Assembly: GCA_030704615.1 (NCBI GenBank)
Contig: CM060731.1
Coordinates: 310,001-374,000 of the forward strand
Origin: Takakia lepidozioides
Taxonomy: Eukaryota; Plantae; Bryophyta
DNA length: 64,000 nucleotides
Direction of reading: 5' to 3'
Position 1 is the stretch's first letter. Each line of letters begins with the position of its first letter. Below are positions 23,900 to 37,363 of the stretch, in pieces. A program made the translations under genes and the position numbers. Below the pieces are notes generated by a model that ran no database searches, was not told where the DNA came from, and was given only the letters and a program-made list of their open reading frames with translations.

Positions 23900-26545
23900 G
23901 GAAGATACACAAGACTTTAGGTAACACACTGGCGATGTTACCTAAGATCTTGTAGATCACTTTGTAAGTATGGCAATGCACATACGGGAAGTATGTCTCT
24001 GCTTGTGAATGTTGTGTCATTGCTTCAAGTGACGATGGGTTGAAAGTGTTTCTGGACAAAAGTCCATTTACGAGAGATCTCATGTCGTCCGTTTGGCGGG
24101 AGACCTCCCGTCCTCTATTTATCATTCTTATCTACATCTTAATATGAACCTCCGACAATAACCTCCCGTCTTCCATTTGATAATTCATATCTCTGTTTGA
24201 GATCAACATCGCGCAAAACTAGACTGACACGAAACAATACTGATACCCAGATGATTACAAGCATTTATTCGAGGACTTTCCCGAATACGTCCGTATTCTT
24301 ACAAAGTGATTTAACAAGACTTTAGGTAACACACTGGCGATGTTATCTAAGATCTTGCAAATCACTCTGTAAGTATGGCAATGCACATGCAGGAAGTATG
24401 TCTCTGCTTTTGAAGTGTCATTGCTTCAAACGATGATGGGTTGAAATTGTGAGTTGGCTTCGTCGATCCTTTGGCGGGAGATCTCCCGTCGTCCGTTTAG
24501 CGGGAGACCTCCGGCGGTAAATTAAGATAAATCTGGACACTAGTGATACCCAGGTGATTAACCCTTGGGGGGTCACTCCCCGTATTTACAAAACCACGTG
24601 AGAACAAATATAGGGTGCAATTTATTTTTTGAGGTAAATTTTAGAAATTTTTTACTTATAAAATATGGTAAGGCAATATCATTTCACCCAATTTTTTAAA
24701 AAAAATGGTCACAAAAAATCCAGAATTTTACTTAAAAAATTAATGTAATAAAGGGTTTTATCTACAGTATAATGTATCCATCCGTGTGAAGTTTCTCATA
24801 TTGCATCCAGCTCTAATCCATCAGGATGAAATCAGGTAGAGGTCACCTGAGGTTCAAATATGATTCCAGTGATACACAGTGGATTGATGTTGATACCATA
24901 ATCTCAACAGTGACTATGGCATTTGAACCATCTCAAGACTTGTACTCTTTAGATCCAAGTGATGTTGCGGTTTTGAATGAGTTCGTGGCTAATGAAAATT
25001 AAATTTTTTCTTGGGTCTGGCATTTGACTTATGTTATATGGAATGTACTTGTTTGTGTACATGCTTTGAAATTTACAATTATTTAAAATGATAATTTAAA
25101 ATAGGGTCTAATTAATTGTTGCAAAAGAAAATTATAAAGAAAATAGGGTGTTAGAAAACAAAGGGTTTTACAATATTACCTAAAGATAGGGTGGAAGAAA
25201 ATGCAAAATTTTAAAAATATAGCCTAGTATAAATATACCTTTGTACGCATGTGATATGAAAAAAATACATATAGTGACCCCCCCCTTGGATTAACCACAT
25301 TCATTATGGGGATTTCAAGAGTGCCTGAACATACTTACTTTGTAAACCACAAGACTTTATGCAACACTGGCAATGTTGGATAAGATCTTGTGGTTAACTT
25401 GATAAGTATGGCCAGACTGAAAACTTGAAGTAATTCCCAGATTGTGAGAGCTCTGATATTGCTTCAGATGATGGGTTGAAAGTGTGCGTAGGAAGTCACC
25501 ATATTTTCCAAGCGATTTTTCGACCTCCTTCGACGGGAGACCTCCCTTCCTTCTTTGACCAGGTTCATCTGTGTCTTTCACTATATCCAGTTCGTAGAAT
25601 TTGGATCATTGAAACCTTCTCCCTTCCGGTCCATTGACCATTCAAGTATTTCAAGATGAACCTCGAGTAGGACTTGGCTGGCACGACACGCTACTGATAC
25701 CCAAGTGATTAGTAACATTCATGACGGGACATTTGGAGAAAGCCACGGAAGATTTTAGATTACATCGCCAGTGTGTAATGTAAAGACTTGTGTCACCCTC
25801 TGTAAGTATTTGTCTGGCCATGCACAAGCCTGATTTGTCACTGCTAAGAATGATGAATGGTTGAAAGTGTTAGTTGGCAGAATTCCAATGAACATCCTTT
25901 TGACCATTCATTTGAGATGAACCTCGCGCAAGACTACTGTTTCACAAACACTACTGATACCCACGTGATTAGCTACATTCATTGCAGGACTTCTCTGAAT
26001 GTGTCTGTATTCTTACAAAGTGATACACAAGACTTTAGTTAACACACTGGCGATGTTATCTAACATCTTAGGTATCACTTTGTAACTATGGCCATGCACA
26101 TGCAGGAATGTCTCTGCTCTATCCTTGCTTCAAATGATGATGGGTTGAAATTGTTTTGCTGGCAGACGTGGATTAACGAGAGATCTCCCGGCTTTACTAT
26201 GCAGGGAGACCTCCCGTTGTTGCGGTCCCGGAAGATATCCCGTCTCTCTTTGACGGGAGGTCTCCCGTGCTCGTAATGACCATTCATTTCTGTCTGTTTA
26301 AGATGACCAGTCTGACACAAAACACTATTAATAACCCAGGTGATTAACCACAATGATTAATTGGTTTTCAAGAGTGCATGATCAAACTTACCATGTAAAC
26401 CACAAGACTTTGTGTAACATTGGCAATGTTATATAAGATCTTGTGGTTTACTTGGTATGGCAAGCCAGAATCTTGAAGTAATTCCCAGATTGATTCATTG
26501 ATGATGGGTTCAATGTGTGTGTTGGTAGATTTTCATTGACGGGAG
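23900..26545. repeat. Degenerate ~350-400-bp tandem repeat containing ACGGGAGATCTCCCGT-type palindromes
   Basis: aagacttt...acactggcgatgtta...taagatcttg...gatgggttgaaa...tgatacccag recurs at ~23910, 24316, 25350, 25760, 26028, 26403. Confidence 0.75.
24564..25288. mobile_element. 725-bp AT-rich MITE with 8-bp TSD
   Basis: TSD GATTAACC at 24556-24563 and 25289-25296; imperfect TIRs CTTGGGGGGTCACT / AGTGACCCCCCCCTTG; the empty site (ggtgattaaccac) is visible in the sister repeat at ~26339. Confidence 0.85.
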
Positions 26546-27403
26546 ATCTGTGTTGAGCGGCTTTTACTCACCCATCCCTTCGTTATCTGAGGTGGAAACT
26601 TCAAGATAGAAGAGTTGGATATCTCTAAGTACTCCTCCCGCTCAGAACAATCAGTCATGACCTACAACTAGTGTATCATGGGGTGCTTCCCTATATCGGT
26701 TCCTTCTTGCATTCATGTTTAGTAAGTTACCTTACTACCTAGGTTTAAGTATCAGATTGCTTCTGCAATCTACCATGTTCCATCTACTTAAGCATTTATT
26801 CCACAGCTTCATTCAGGTCTCTCTACACAGTGTGAGACGTATGAAATATGAATCAGATTAATAACTATCATGTATCAGGCCGAAGCCATGGTGTCTCTCT
26901 TCTGCTCTATAGTACATCTCTACAGCTTGCATGTATCAAGCATCAAGAGATCGACTTCCCTCCTTCACCATGCTCTCCATCCCTGTGCCCCAGATTGTGC
27001 TTCTCCCCCTGATGCTCGTTGTAACCCCAAGAAGTGATCCCCTCCATGTAGCTACTCTGCCTATTCTACCTATAAGCTGTTCCAACCGCCTAACTAACTA
27101 ACTGTCATCCAAGACAGAATGCACGTTCCCTCTGCAGATGTCGTTCCCACACAGTCGTTCCCTCCCGTGATGGCAGTTCCCTGTGAAAAATGTGACGGGC
27201 TATGTCAGGCTGTGACTGGCTGTGTCTGATTGTGACAGGCTGTGTCAGGCTGTGTAAGCCTATGACTATTGACTGTGTGAGCCTGTCTGCCACCCCTAAG
27301 GCTTGTGTCTGTTTAAGTCTACTACCCTTAAGTTTGCGCAAAAGTAAGGGTACCCCACAGAACCCGTAAAACTGTCTAAGTCCCAGACAGCCCTCTAATA
27401 TTA
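26545..27403 (-). mobile_element. 3' LTR (truncated) of the minus-strand Gypsy element
   Basis: Preceded on the minus strand by PPT AGAGGGGGAGGAA (27404-27416); homologous to the window start. Confidence 0.6.
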
Positions 27404-27539
27404 TTCCTCCCCCTCTGAAAAAGCCGTAACCTCACGGTTTACTGCTTAGGATGAGCAAACCTTTGCGAACGAGCACCCTTTTGCTGGTGAGAGTCCCTCG
27501 GAGGGCTCTGTGTGTGAGCCCAAGCCACGTCTTTGGCTA

Positions 27540-30500
27540 GTGGGGATGACTGTCGACTAGATGGAGCTGACTGCCCTGCCTTTGGCTGATATGGAGGCAA
27601 CTTCTCAGGCATAGGAGATCCCCATCATTTCTTCTCCGCCATTTGTATCTCATAATCCTCAGCCATGTCAAAATTCCCCTCCACAGAACCAGTACTATTC
27701 GAATCATCTTCCCACCGTTGGCCGTGCTGTTTCCTGACCTTCTGTGGCTTCTCAGGAAGCTTGACTGGCATACAATGTATGCCCACCATGTCTTAAGCTT
27801 ATATTGTAAGACTTGGGTCAACCTTTTTCGGGCAAGATTAGTATATGCCCGCAGCTCGTCATCTGTATAGCTGAGTGGTGTGCCAATGACTTTGGAAAAG
27901 TGTAGCCATTTTTTGGCTTCATGCCCTTTTGGAAAGATGTGGTCAAGGCCCAAGTTCTCCTTGGCCAAATTCTCCAAAGCAAAAGTAAACCAAGAACGGA
28001 GTTTTGGATCCCGTTGAAGCATGATCCTCACATCATACAAATATGTGTGTGGTGGAACTGGAGGTAACGTCCAATGCTCCCCACTGTAATAAGTCTGAGA
28101 CCTCATCTGCATCTTCTGCTGCTCAGTGTGGTAGCGTAAAATAAAACAAGCAGCATAATACAGCCCACAGCCCATGACCAAACTATGTACCTCCTTGGTC
28201 TCGATGTAGATGAATCCATGAGCGATCTAGAAGGCAATTAATTCCTTCAGCATGGTTCGTGCCTCAAACCAGTACCGGGCAAAATGATGATCTTCAATGG
28301 GTCTGTCATTTGGAAGAACCTTAGTCCGAGTTGCCACTGGCAACCAAATGCGCATAATCTGGTAATAGTGTGCCAAAGACTCTGGAGGACTGAATTCTTT
28401 CTAAGCAAAATCCATAACAATGGGAATTTGGTTGAAGGGCAGAATCATAGCCCGATTATATTCAAGTGCAGCAGGAGTAGTAGGTGGGTTAAAAGAAGCA
28501 TCACCCCAAACCTTAGACATTGATTACTGCAGTGCCATGGTATCAACATTGTCTACCTGGTGTGGCTGCTGTGATGTTGTTGCCACAGTCCCTCTTGATG
28601 TTGGCAAGTCCTGCATTTCCTGTGCTAAAGATTGAAAAATCAAAGTCCGTGCCCGCAAGTAAGTAGCCATGAGCTGTTTCTCAGGAACGAAGGCCATTTT
28701 TTCAATGTTGAAGCTCAAGTCATCCACTTGAGTCTGAAGCCCTTCCACATCATCCTGCAACTCAGCTATCCGACTATAGACATTGTCTATAATGGTTGTG
28801 GCAATGTTCTGCACCCGTAGCCTTAGATCATTCATCTCGTCTTGGGTCAGCTTCCTTGGTGCTTTTCCTTCCACTGGTCCTTGTGTTAACCACTCTTGCA
28901 AAAAGATGATTATCCACCAAGTCTTGTGTAACACCACGGAGATCCTGCTCCTCCTGGAGCCTGTTTGTTTTCAACTGCTGTTGTAAACTCTCCATGCGCT
29001 TCGCATAAGGCTCAACCAGAGCTGCATAGGCAGCTGACAGATTATTGGCTTCTTTCCAGGCCCTTTCACTCACAGAAAGTGCATTCTCCCGTATTGTGAT
29101 TGTTTGCTGCAACTCAAATAATTGCCTGTCCTTCTGGGCATTGACCTGGTGCAACTGCTGAATTGTATCTTCATTGTGACAGAGAGTATACTTCATGTCA
29201 GCAATGAGTTTCCCCTGCTCCATTGCCTCTGTCTCCGCCGATATACATCTCTCAGCTTGCTTCTTGACCTCCATTGCAACCATCTCCAGATTAGTCGTTA
29301 GTGTGGCACATTGTATGAGCACTTTTTGATTAACTGCTTCCAATTCCGTATGAAGCAACTTCACTTCATGCAACTTGCCTTCATGCTAAACTTGTATCTG
29401 GTATAACTGCTGCTTATGCACTTCATGTATTTTTTCTTGCTCAAGACCCGCCCCAATTAAGTTCTCTTTCGCAAGCTGTAGGGCAGCTTTAGTGTCCTCC
29501 AATTCTTTCTGCAACTTGAGGTTGGCCTCCATATCCACCTTGTTTGCACACTCAGTGACAATTCTTGCCTCAAGCTCTTGCTTGAGCTCCTCCCGCAATG
29601 TTGCCAACTGAGTGGAAGAAACATGAGTCTTGAAATAGGTGCCCAACAGGCTGAGAGTCCTGTTTATGGAACTCATAACCATGGCCTGCTGTGGGTCTTC
29701 ATGGGAACCTACTGCTATTCTTCCTGATTCTCAACAGTTTGATGTTTCACAAACCAATCGGGCCGTGATCCCACAAGATCTTGTTCCTGAGCAACCTCAT
29801 CTTCCAGGTGCTGCAGTACCCTTGCCCTTTACCCCTTTAACTTCTGTCACAGGTTTGGGCATAACCTGCACATCAGGGATTTTCGGGCAGACTCTGTATC
29901 TTTGGTACCATGGGGTCTTCGACCATACCAGAGTTTTCATAGAGAAGATCGCCCTTCTCAATTTCTGCCACTACCTGCTCTGTAGTGGGGATGTCCAATC
30001 CCTCTCTCTCCACATAAGAGGCTCGGTGTAACGGTAGTAACAGCAAGTCAGTTGAGTTACCACTGGGGCAACTTGGTCAGCTTGCTGTGCTGGCCATGGT
30101 ACTGAAGTGACTTCTTCCTCCCTCTCTAATGGCTGTGCTTCCAGTAATAAGTACAGCCCATTGTGTTGTTGCACCCCATCCTGTGCAGGAGCTATGGAAC
30201 ATCATCGTGAGGGGTCCTTGTGGCAAGTGGAGCCGCCATTACGGTTTCATTCCTTTTCTGTCTCTTGGACTGGTGCTGCCTCTCTAATCCTCCTTCACCT
30301 TGTGAAGAGCCTTGCTCTTCAACTGCAGTTGTGGCTGCCTCAAACACCCCCATTACCTTGCGTTCTTGCGCATCAAGCAAGCAAAAATCAAAGATAATCT
30401 GTGCAATAATTGGGCCAGACACAATGATTGGGGACTTGGCAGCAATAGTCTGCACTTGTTTCATCTCCTCCACCAGACCACTATGCATCAAAGCTACATC

Positions 30501-30971
30501 CTCTCCCTTGAAGGCTTTCAAAACTTCTTCCGTAAAAGATATGCTAAGATACTGTTGATTCTGTTTCATGGCAAACAGAATGTTTAGTATCTGGCCAATT
30601 TCCCTCAAACCTGGATACTCGGCTTTGGAGCAAGTGAATCCCTGGTTCCTGAAAAAGCTCATTTCTTGGAAAAGATCTCCTACTTGCAATCTTGCCCTGT
30701 GCTCATCCACGCTCACATTACCAGATAGTAAATCAGAAAGTTGTTGCAAGTACTGCGGAGTAACTTGTATATCTACGCCCTTCACTTGGGTAACTCCTGT
30801 CTTTGGCTCAAAGTTCTTGATGAACTGGATCATCAAATCCCGATGATGCAAAGACCACTCGTTACGCAACAGTCCCTCCAACCGCAACTTTTTCAACAGC
30901 TGCACTGCCTATGGTGTGGCGATTGTTTGCCTCTGTAAGATCGTCGTGCTCTTCACTCGTAGATCCTCCAT
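27540..30971 (-). pseudogene. Large extra 3' ORF of a non-chromovirus Gypsy element (plant-mobile/env-like N-terminus + long coiled coil + unknown C-terminal domain)
   Basis: ATG 30971; LEGLL..DLMIQFIKNF..VKGVDIQVT..LSDLLSG pattern typical of Athila/Tat extra ORFs; E/K/Q/L-rich heptads 28520-29680; broken by stops and frameshifts; lies between integrase and PPT. Confidence 0.65.
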
Positions 30972-31062
30972 TTCTCTAATTCGCTTTATGCCGGACAAAC
31001 AAGAAGGCCTTGTTTGGAATAACTGTAGGAAAGCTTGCAATGTGTATAGCATGAAAGTGTGA

Positions 31063-31707
31063 TTAGCACAGAATGAAGTGTGTGTAAGCTTGCGGGGCTT
31101 GCAAATAGTGAGTGAGAGAGAAAGTGCTTTCGACCTGTCCTCCCTTGCGCCACTGCGTAAGAAGTAGAGCTAGTGTATAGTCCGTGATATCCGCCATAGC
31201 TACAAAGCTATAGCTTTGATTGCCCCTCTTGTCGAGACACTGGTTATCCGGGATAACACCTATTCTTCCGCTCATAATCTTCTTAATTTCTTGTTCTTGT
31301 TTCTTGAATGGAGTCTCGTGCACAAAATTCACGTTGTTGATTGGCCGTTGCCTCATTAGATAACTTTTCATTTTTACCCTATTCTGTTCATATTCCATCT
31401 TAGAATGACCGCTAGGACTGCATATGTGGCAAAGGTTCCCCTTTGCCGGATGCGTAAAGTGTTCCGTTACCTGTCCTTTGGATGCATTAATGGGCTCGTA
31501 ATAAGTTTCGGCTGATGTACCGGGTAGGTACTTTGACGACCATGTTTGTCTTCTTGTGTGATGGCGCTCGTTATTGCAGTACATGCAATGCGGAGTGCTT
31601 CGCCCCTTAGGCCAGGTGTTTGAATTCAAACACTCTCCCGTCTCCTTCTGTCCGCGTGGCACATTCTCCGAGTTTGACTCCCAAACTATTTTTACACTTT
31701 CCGGCAA
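31063..31707 (-). pseudogene. ORF relic with two degenerate CCHC-like knuckles downstream of integrase
   Basis: CMYCNNERHHTRRQ and CHICSPSGHSKMEY. Confidence 0.35.
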
Positions 31708-31986
31708 CTTTATTGACGTTAACTCGTGTCCACCTGTCGCTGCCCTTATGGATTGTGCAACCTGTGTGGCCTGTGTTGCCTGTGTTGGGTTGTGACAAGC
31801 TGTGGTAGGCTATGATATGTTGTAATAGACTGTGGTGGGCTGTGATGACTGTGTGAACACCTGTGGTCTCTGCTATGGCCATACACATTGGGCGTTATGT
31901 CAAGGGCTTCATGCTCCGCTGGTGCTACTGGTGGAGTCTGTGACTACATCTGTGTTTCAAGATGCAAGTCATGCTGCAATGGTCTA

Positions 31987-33415
31987 TCATGGATACCATT
32001 GTATCCCTTCAACTTGTTGGCATTGCTCTACCAAGCATCTCTTTGTTAATTGTTTGTAACATAGTTGTGTTGTTATCTTATGTATGACATAAGGTCCTTT
32101 CCATGGTGATTTAAGCTTAGAAGCTTTAATCTTTCCCTTCTTCTGCAACCACAGTACCAAATCACCCGTCTTAAAAGTCTTCAGTTTGCCTTCATCAAAC
32201 CGATCCTTCCTCGTCATCTGAATTCTAGCCATGTTATCTGTTGCATTAGCACGTACTTCTTCCACATGATATAGTTCATGTTTTCTTACTTTAATTGAAT
32301 CCTCCAATTCCATTCTCCTTCACCATTCAGTTCTCATAGATAATAAGAATTCCACTGGAAGTAAACCTTCCATGCCATAAACTAATTGGAATGGTGTATA
32401 CCATACTTGGTGGTGACCTTGTATGAAGTCCTGTATGACCACAAAGCTGTCAATAGCTTTGTATCCCAATCAATCCTGTTAGCATTGACTATCTTAGCCC
32501 AAGATAGTGCATAGTATTTTGTTAGTGGCCTCTGCCTCCCATTGCCCTGTGGGTAATAGGTTGTACTCTTCCTGTGCACAATCATGAACTCCTTAGTCAA
32601 CAGTTCAATGGTCTCATTAATGAAATGACTTCCCTGGTCACTGATAAATTCCAAGGGACAGCCAAATCTTGTGATAATGTTCTCATATAGAAATCTTGCC
32701 ATAGACTTAGCTGTGTTGGCCCTCAGAGCCTTAGCTTCCATCCATTTTGTGGTATAATCAGTGGCTGTGATTAGATACTTATTATGTGTATTCCTGGCTG
32801 GTGGATTGATTGGCCCAACAAAATCCAATCCCCATTTCTGGAATGGTGGTTCAGTAGGCATTGTAGGATGCAAAGCCATCTTCCCAGATCTTTGCAAAGG
32901 TCCTAACCTCTGGCACTCATCACAGCTCTTGCAATACTTGTGTACATCTTTAAGCAGAGTAGGCCACCAGTAACCTGCAAGTAATATTTTCATACTGGTA
33001 GTCTCTTCTCCAAAATGACCTCCAGCCAGTCCTTTATGAATTTCTTCCAAAACTTTATTAACTTCATGGTGGTACAAGCATCTTTTCATAACTCCATCAG
33101 GTCCTAGCTTATACAATCTTCCTCCTATCATAGTGTATGGTAATGCCTTGATAGCTATTCTCTTCCTCTGTTCCTTCCATAACTAGATGGGCACTATCCA
33201 TGAGTAAGATAGTATCTGATTGGCCACTACCAATCTAACCAATCATCTGCTCCCTACACTTTCACTGCAAATAAACCTGCATCAGGCAGTTGATCGTCTA
33301 CGCCTGTGGCGGGCTCTCTTGTTGAAAGGCAAGTGATCTGCCACAAGATGCAAACATCCAGGTTTGTAAACAACTTCGAATTCAAACTCATGTAGTATAA
33401 TCAACCATCTTGCGA
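31987..33415 (-). pseudogene. Gypsy RNase H end + integrase (HHCC, DDE, GPY/F)
   Basis: LARWLIILHEFEFEVVYKPG..HLVADHL; H..GGHFG..CDEC; WGLDFVGPI; FISDQGSHF; WKGPY. Confidence 0.95.
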
Positions 33416-34521
33416 GCCAAAAACAAAATCGATACGTGCCAGAAACCCCCAATGAAAGGAAGTGCAAACCTATTTATTGGCTTTAAATTATTTTAAATTC
33501 ATTACATTATGGAATGGCTTGTGTAGATGTCGAGGGGAGGCAAATGTTTCATTCGTCTGTTGTGTTCCGCACATGTGTCGCACACATGTTCAAGCATATG
33601 CGGGCAAAAGAGGAGCTTCAACCACATCCGTTCAATGGGTGCAATAGCCGTGCACGCATTGCAGGATTTTTTTTTTCGCAATGAACAAAAACCAGATGAC
33701 AACTGAACACCTCATTGGCCCATCGAAGAGTTTCGATTGATCTCATATTACACTGGGACCTATCAGAGGAGACATTGAACACACTGGCCAGTCTCAAAGC
33801 GAACGAAAATCATTTGGATGGGCAACCATCCGTTGGGCCCATTGAACAAATTTTGATTGATCTCATATTACTCTGGGGCCTCTTCCATGGCACATTTAAA
33901 ATACTGGCCAAGTCTCAAAGCGAACAAATCATCTCGATGGCCAACCATCCGTTGAGCCATCGAATGAATTTAGTCCGGGACCTGTGAGAGGGTGTCTCGA
34001 ACGTACTGGCAAAGTTTGGAAGCAAACAAAAATGATTTGGATGGGGAAAACCACCGTTCACTCGTTGAATGTATTCCGCTGGATCTGCTATTGCATTGGG
34101 ACCTGTTGGACTGTGTTTTGCGTTGCTCACGATTTTTTTTTTCATCCGTTTTTTAATGGGGCGTGTATGTGGTAGCCATATGTAATGTGCGTGCCAAATT
34201 TGGGAGCCAACATAATTCATTTGGACCCAAAACCACAGTTTCTTCCCTGTTTTGCACTCCAAATGATTTGTGTTCAACTCATGCACTCTTTCAAAGAGAG
34301 TTCTGCAATAGTGAGCGAAGAGAACACTTTTTTTTTGGGGCATTTTGGATTGGTCAAATTTTGGGGGGGAGTAGTGGTGGGATGCTGGAAGCCGCAGAAC
34401 AGAACAAATTGAGCCAAAAAAAAAATCGATACGTGCCAGAAACCCCCAATGAAAGGCAGTGCAAACCTATTTATTGGCTTTAAATTATTTAAATTCAATT
34501 ACATTATGGAATGCTTGGTGC
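33412..34521 (+). repeat. ~993-bp satellite tract (~1.1 units)
   Basis: Matches the units at 49613-52236 in the same orientation. Confidence 0.9.
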
Positions 34522-35479
34522 TTCATTCGCGTTGGTGGGGGTTTGAAGCGGCCCTAAGCGGTTCAGAAAACCAGTAGAGGGACGGGCTGCTTCTTCTTCG
34601 ACTTTGCTGGAGAAGGGCCGACCCCTGGGCGATTCTCCATGACCGAAGAACGCGAGTCGATCTCTGGGGCTTTGAACTTGCCTTCGAAGCCGCGTCTTTG
34701 AAACGCACGGGCTAGGCCCGGCAGGAATACCCGCGCTCGGGGATCGGGTGGGTGTACGTGCTGCAGCTAGCTCCTCGGACTCTTCCTGCGGATTTTCGGA
34801 TTCGGCGATCCCTCCGCACGTCCACCTGTCCTGTTAGGCATGCAACATGTTCTGCATTCAAGTCTCCTAGCATTCAGTCTAAGGAATTACAGAAGCAAAA
34901 TGGGGGGTTCGGGGTGCTCGATCAGCTGCACGCAGCCCGATCGCATGGAGCTCTCACTGGTGGCTGGGTTGCCTGAGTGGCCTGACTGCCTCGGAGATGG
35001 CAATCTCCTCCTGTGTAGACGCATATGCTTCCTCCCATTCGGCATGGCCGACGTCCCGAAGTATAATTTTCGGAGCTTGCCGAAGAGGTCTCCTGTATGG
35101 TGCACGAATCCCCCCCTCTCAGTTCGAGCATAAGAAGAACAGAGACAGGGAAAAGGGGCAAAGAGTGCAGATGGAAAGGGCGCGAGAGGGGTGACTGAGG
35201 AGACACGACAAAAGTAGATGAAACGGCGTGATGCACCACTTGGGTTCGAAAGGGTTGGACGAAAGTGTCTCCTCGTGGACTTTGCGTCATTACGAAATTC
35301 GAATCGTTCAGGGTACGCCTGCCGTCCGAAAAACAAACATCATTATCCAACGGTCAGGCCGCGCCGCCTCATGCCACTTCAGTCAAATAGAGTGCAGACA
35401 TGTGCCGCAATTCCGTTGCTCCACGTGTTCACATTTCAAGGCATTTCCGTCCCAGCGTCTGATGAGTTGGAGTGAAAAT

Positions 35480-36932
35480 GCGAATGCGGCGCCGCATTTC
35501 CGTTAAGTACCATCACGAAGCTACACATCCGTACTTGTTGGAAGAAAATGCGGCACCGCATTTCCGTTCCATCTTCACATACCTTAGTTGTTGAACGGAA
35601 ATACGGTGCCGCATTTCCGTCCCACAGCTCCATGTATGAGATACAAAAGGGAAATGCGGCGCCGCATTTCCGTCAGGAATGTCGAAAGGTGCGATTCGGA
35701 CGGAAATGCGGCACAACATTTCAGTTCCCGTGGTTCATGATTTTCAATCTGAATCGAAATACGGTACCGCATTTCCGTTCCCCCTTCACATACCTTAGTT
35801 GATGAACGGAAATGCCGTTCCACATTTCCGTTCGGAAAGTATTGCTCACCTGAACAGAAATGCGGTGCCGCATTTCCTGTCTGGAAAGTTTGAAGGTCTC
35901 ACATGGATGAAATGCGGCACCATTTTCCGTCCCACAGCTCCAGGCCTCGTATACAAAACGGAAATGCGGCGCCGCATTTCCGTTCGAGAATGTCGGAAGG
36001 TGCGACTCGGACGGAAATGCGGAGCCGCATTTCTGTTCCCGTTGTTCACGATTTTCAGTCAGAACGGAAATGCGGTACCGCATTTCCGTTCTGTAGAGTA
36101 TTAAGGTCTGACCCTGGCGGAAATGCGGTGCCGCATTTTCGTTCCACAGCTCCATGCCTCACATACAAAACGGTAATGCGGCGCCGCATTTCCGTTTTGG
36201 AATGTCGGAAGGTGCGACTCCGACGGAAATGCGGTACCGCATTTCAGTTCCGATGTTTCACGATTTTTCATCAGAACGGAATGCGGTGCCGCATTTGCGT
36301 TCTGGAATGTTGGGAGGTGCGACTCGGATGGAAATGCGCTGCCGCATTTCAGTTCCGATGGTTCACGATTTTCAGTCAGAACAGAAATGCGGCACCGCAT
36401 TTCCGTTCTGGATAGTATGAATGTCTCAACCGGTCGGAATTGCGCTGTCTCAAGCGGTCGGAATTGCCATGCATCAAATACAAAATGGAAATGCGGCGCC
36501 GCATTTCCGTTCTGGAATGTCGGAAAGTGCGACTCGGACGGAAATGCGGTGCCGCATTTCTGTTCCCGTTGTTCATAAATTCTCAATCAGAACGGAAATG
36601 CGGTACCGTTCCGTTCCACCTTCACATACCGTGCTTGCTGGATGGAAATGCGTTACCGCATTTCCGTTCTGGAGAGTGTTAAGGTCTCACCCGGGCGGAT
36701 ATGCGGTGCCGCATTTCCGTTCTGGAATGTCGGAAAGTGCGACTCGGACGGAAATGCGGTGCCGCATTTATGTTCCCTTTGTTCATGATTCTCAATCAGA
36801 ACGGAAATGCGGTACCGCATTTCCGTTCCACCTTCACATACCGTGCTTGCTGGATGGAAATGTGTTACCGCATTTCCGTTCTGGAGAGTATAAAGGTTTC
36901 CCCCGGACGGAAACTCGGTGCCGCATTTCCGG
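35480..36932. repeat. Array of about 28 GAAATGCG-N4-CGCATTTC palindromes with 53-bp period
   Basis: Palindrome starts at 35961, 36014, 36067, 36120, 36173, 36226 (exact 53-bp steps). Linkers fall into about 5 recurring types. Orphan copy at 41205-41224. Confidence 0.95.
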
Positions 36933-37363
36933 TGCATGACCAAGATGCAATACGGAAAAAAAACCTAAAAAATCGAACACTCGGGATCTGGAACAATGGT
37001 TGCATTGTTCCGAAACAACACAATTGCGGCCAGTCTTGATGAGCACAACTTGGTTGTCTGACAGTTTTAACTAACAGTACTGGCACTTGTCAGTGCGAAC
37101 GTTCCTGTCTGCACCGAGAATACTGCTGGATCCACCCTCAGGAGAAACTGTCAGGAGATGTTATTTCGTCGCCGAATCGGCCATCATTGTCATACTTACT
37201 GGCTATGGAATCACACCTCCCACCTTCATGCATGTAGCTTGAAACAATACTTTCCACTTCAATGTGCGACTTCCAATCGTCGATGATGGACTCCGCATGG
37301 TGCCTGTGAGCCTTGGTCTGTCGCTATACTGAACCTCGCACTTGCCAACTCGTGCGGTGTTCG

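Noticed and set aside
35480-36932. CRISPR array (palindromic 20-bp repeat + 33-bp spacers)
   Set aside because: Spacers recur as about 5 duplicated types, repeats are degenerate, there are no cas genes, and the context is eukaryotic.
35436-37086. ORFs with RTEMRRRISV/GNAAPHFR repeats
   Set aside because: The 53-bp period is not a multiple of 3, and identical peptides on both strands arise from the palindromes.
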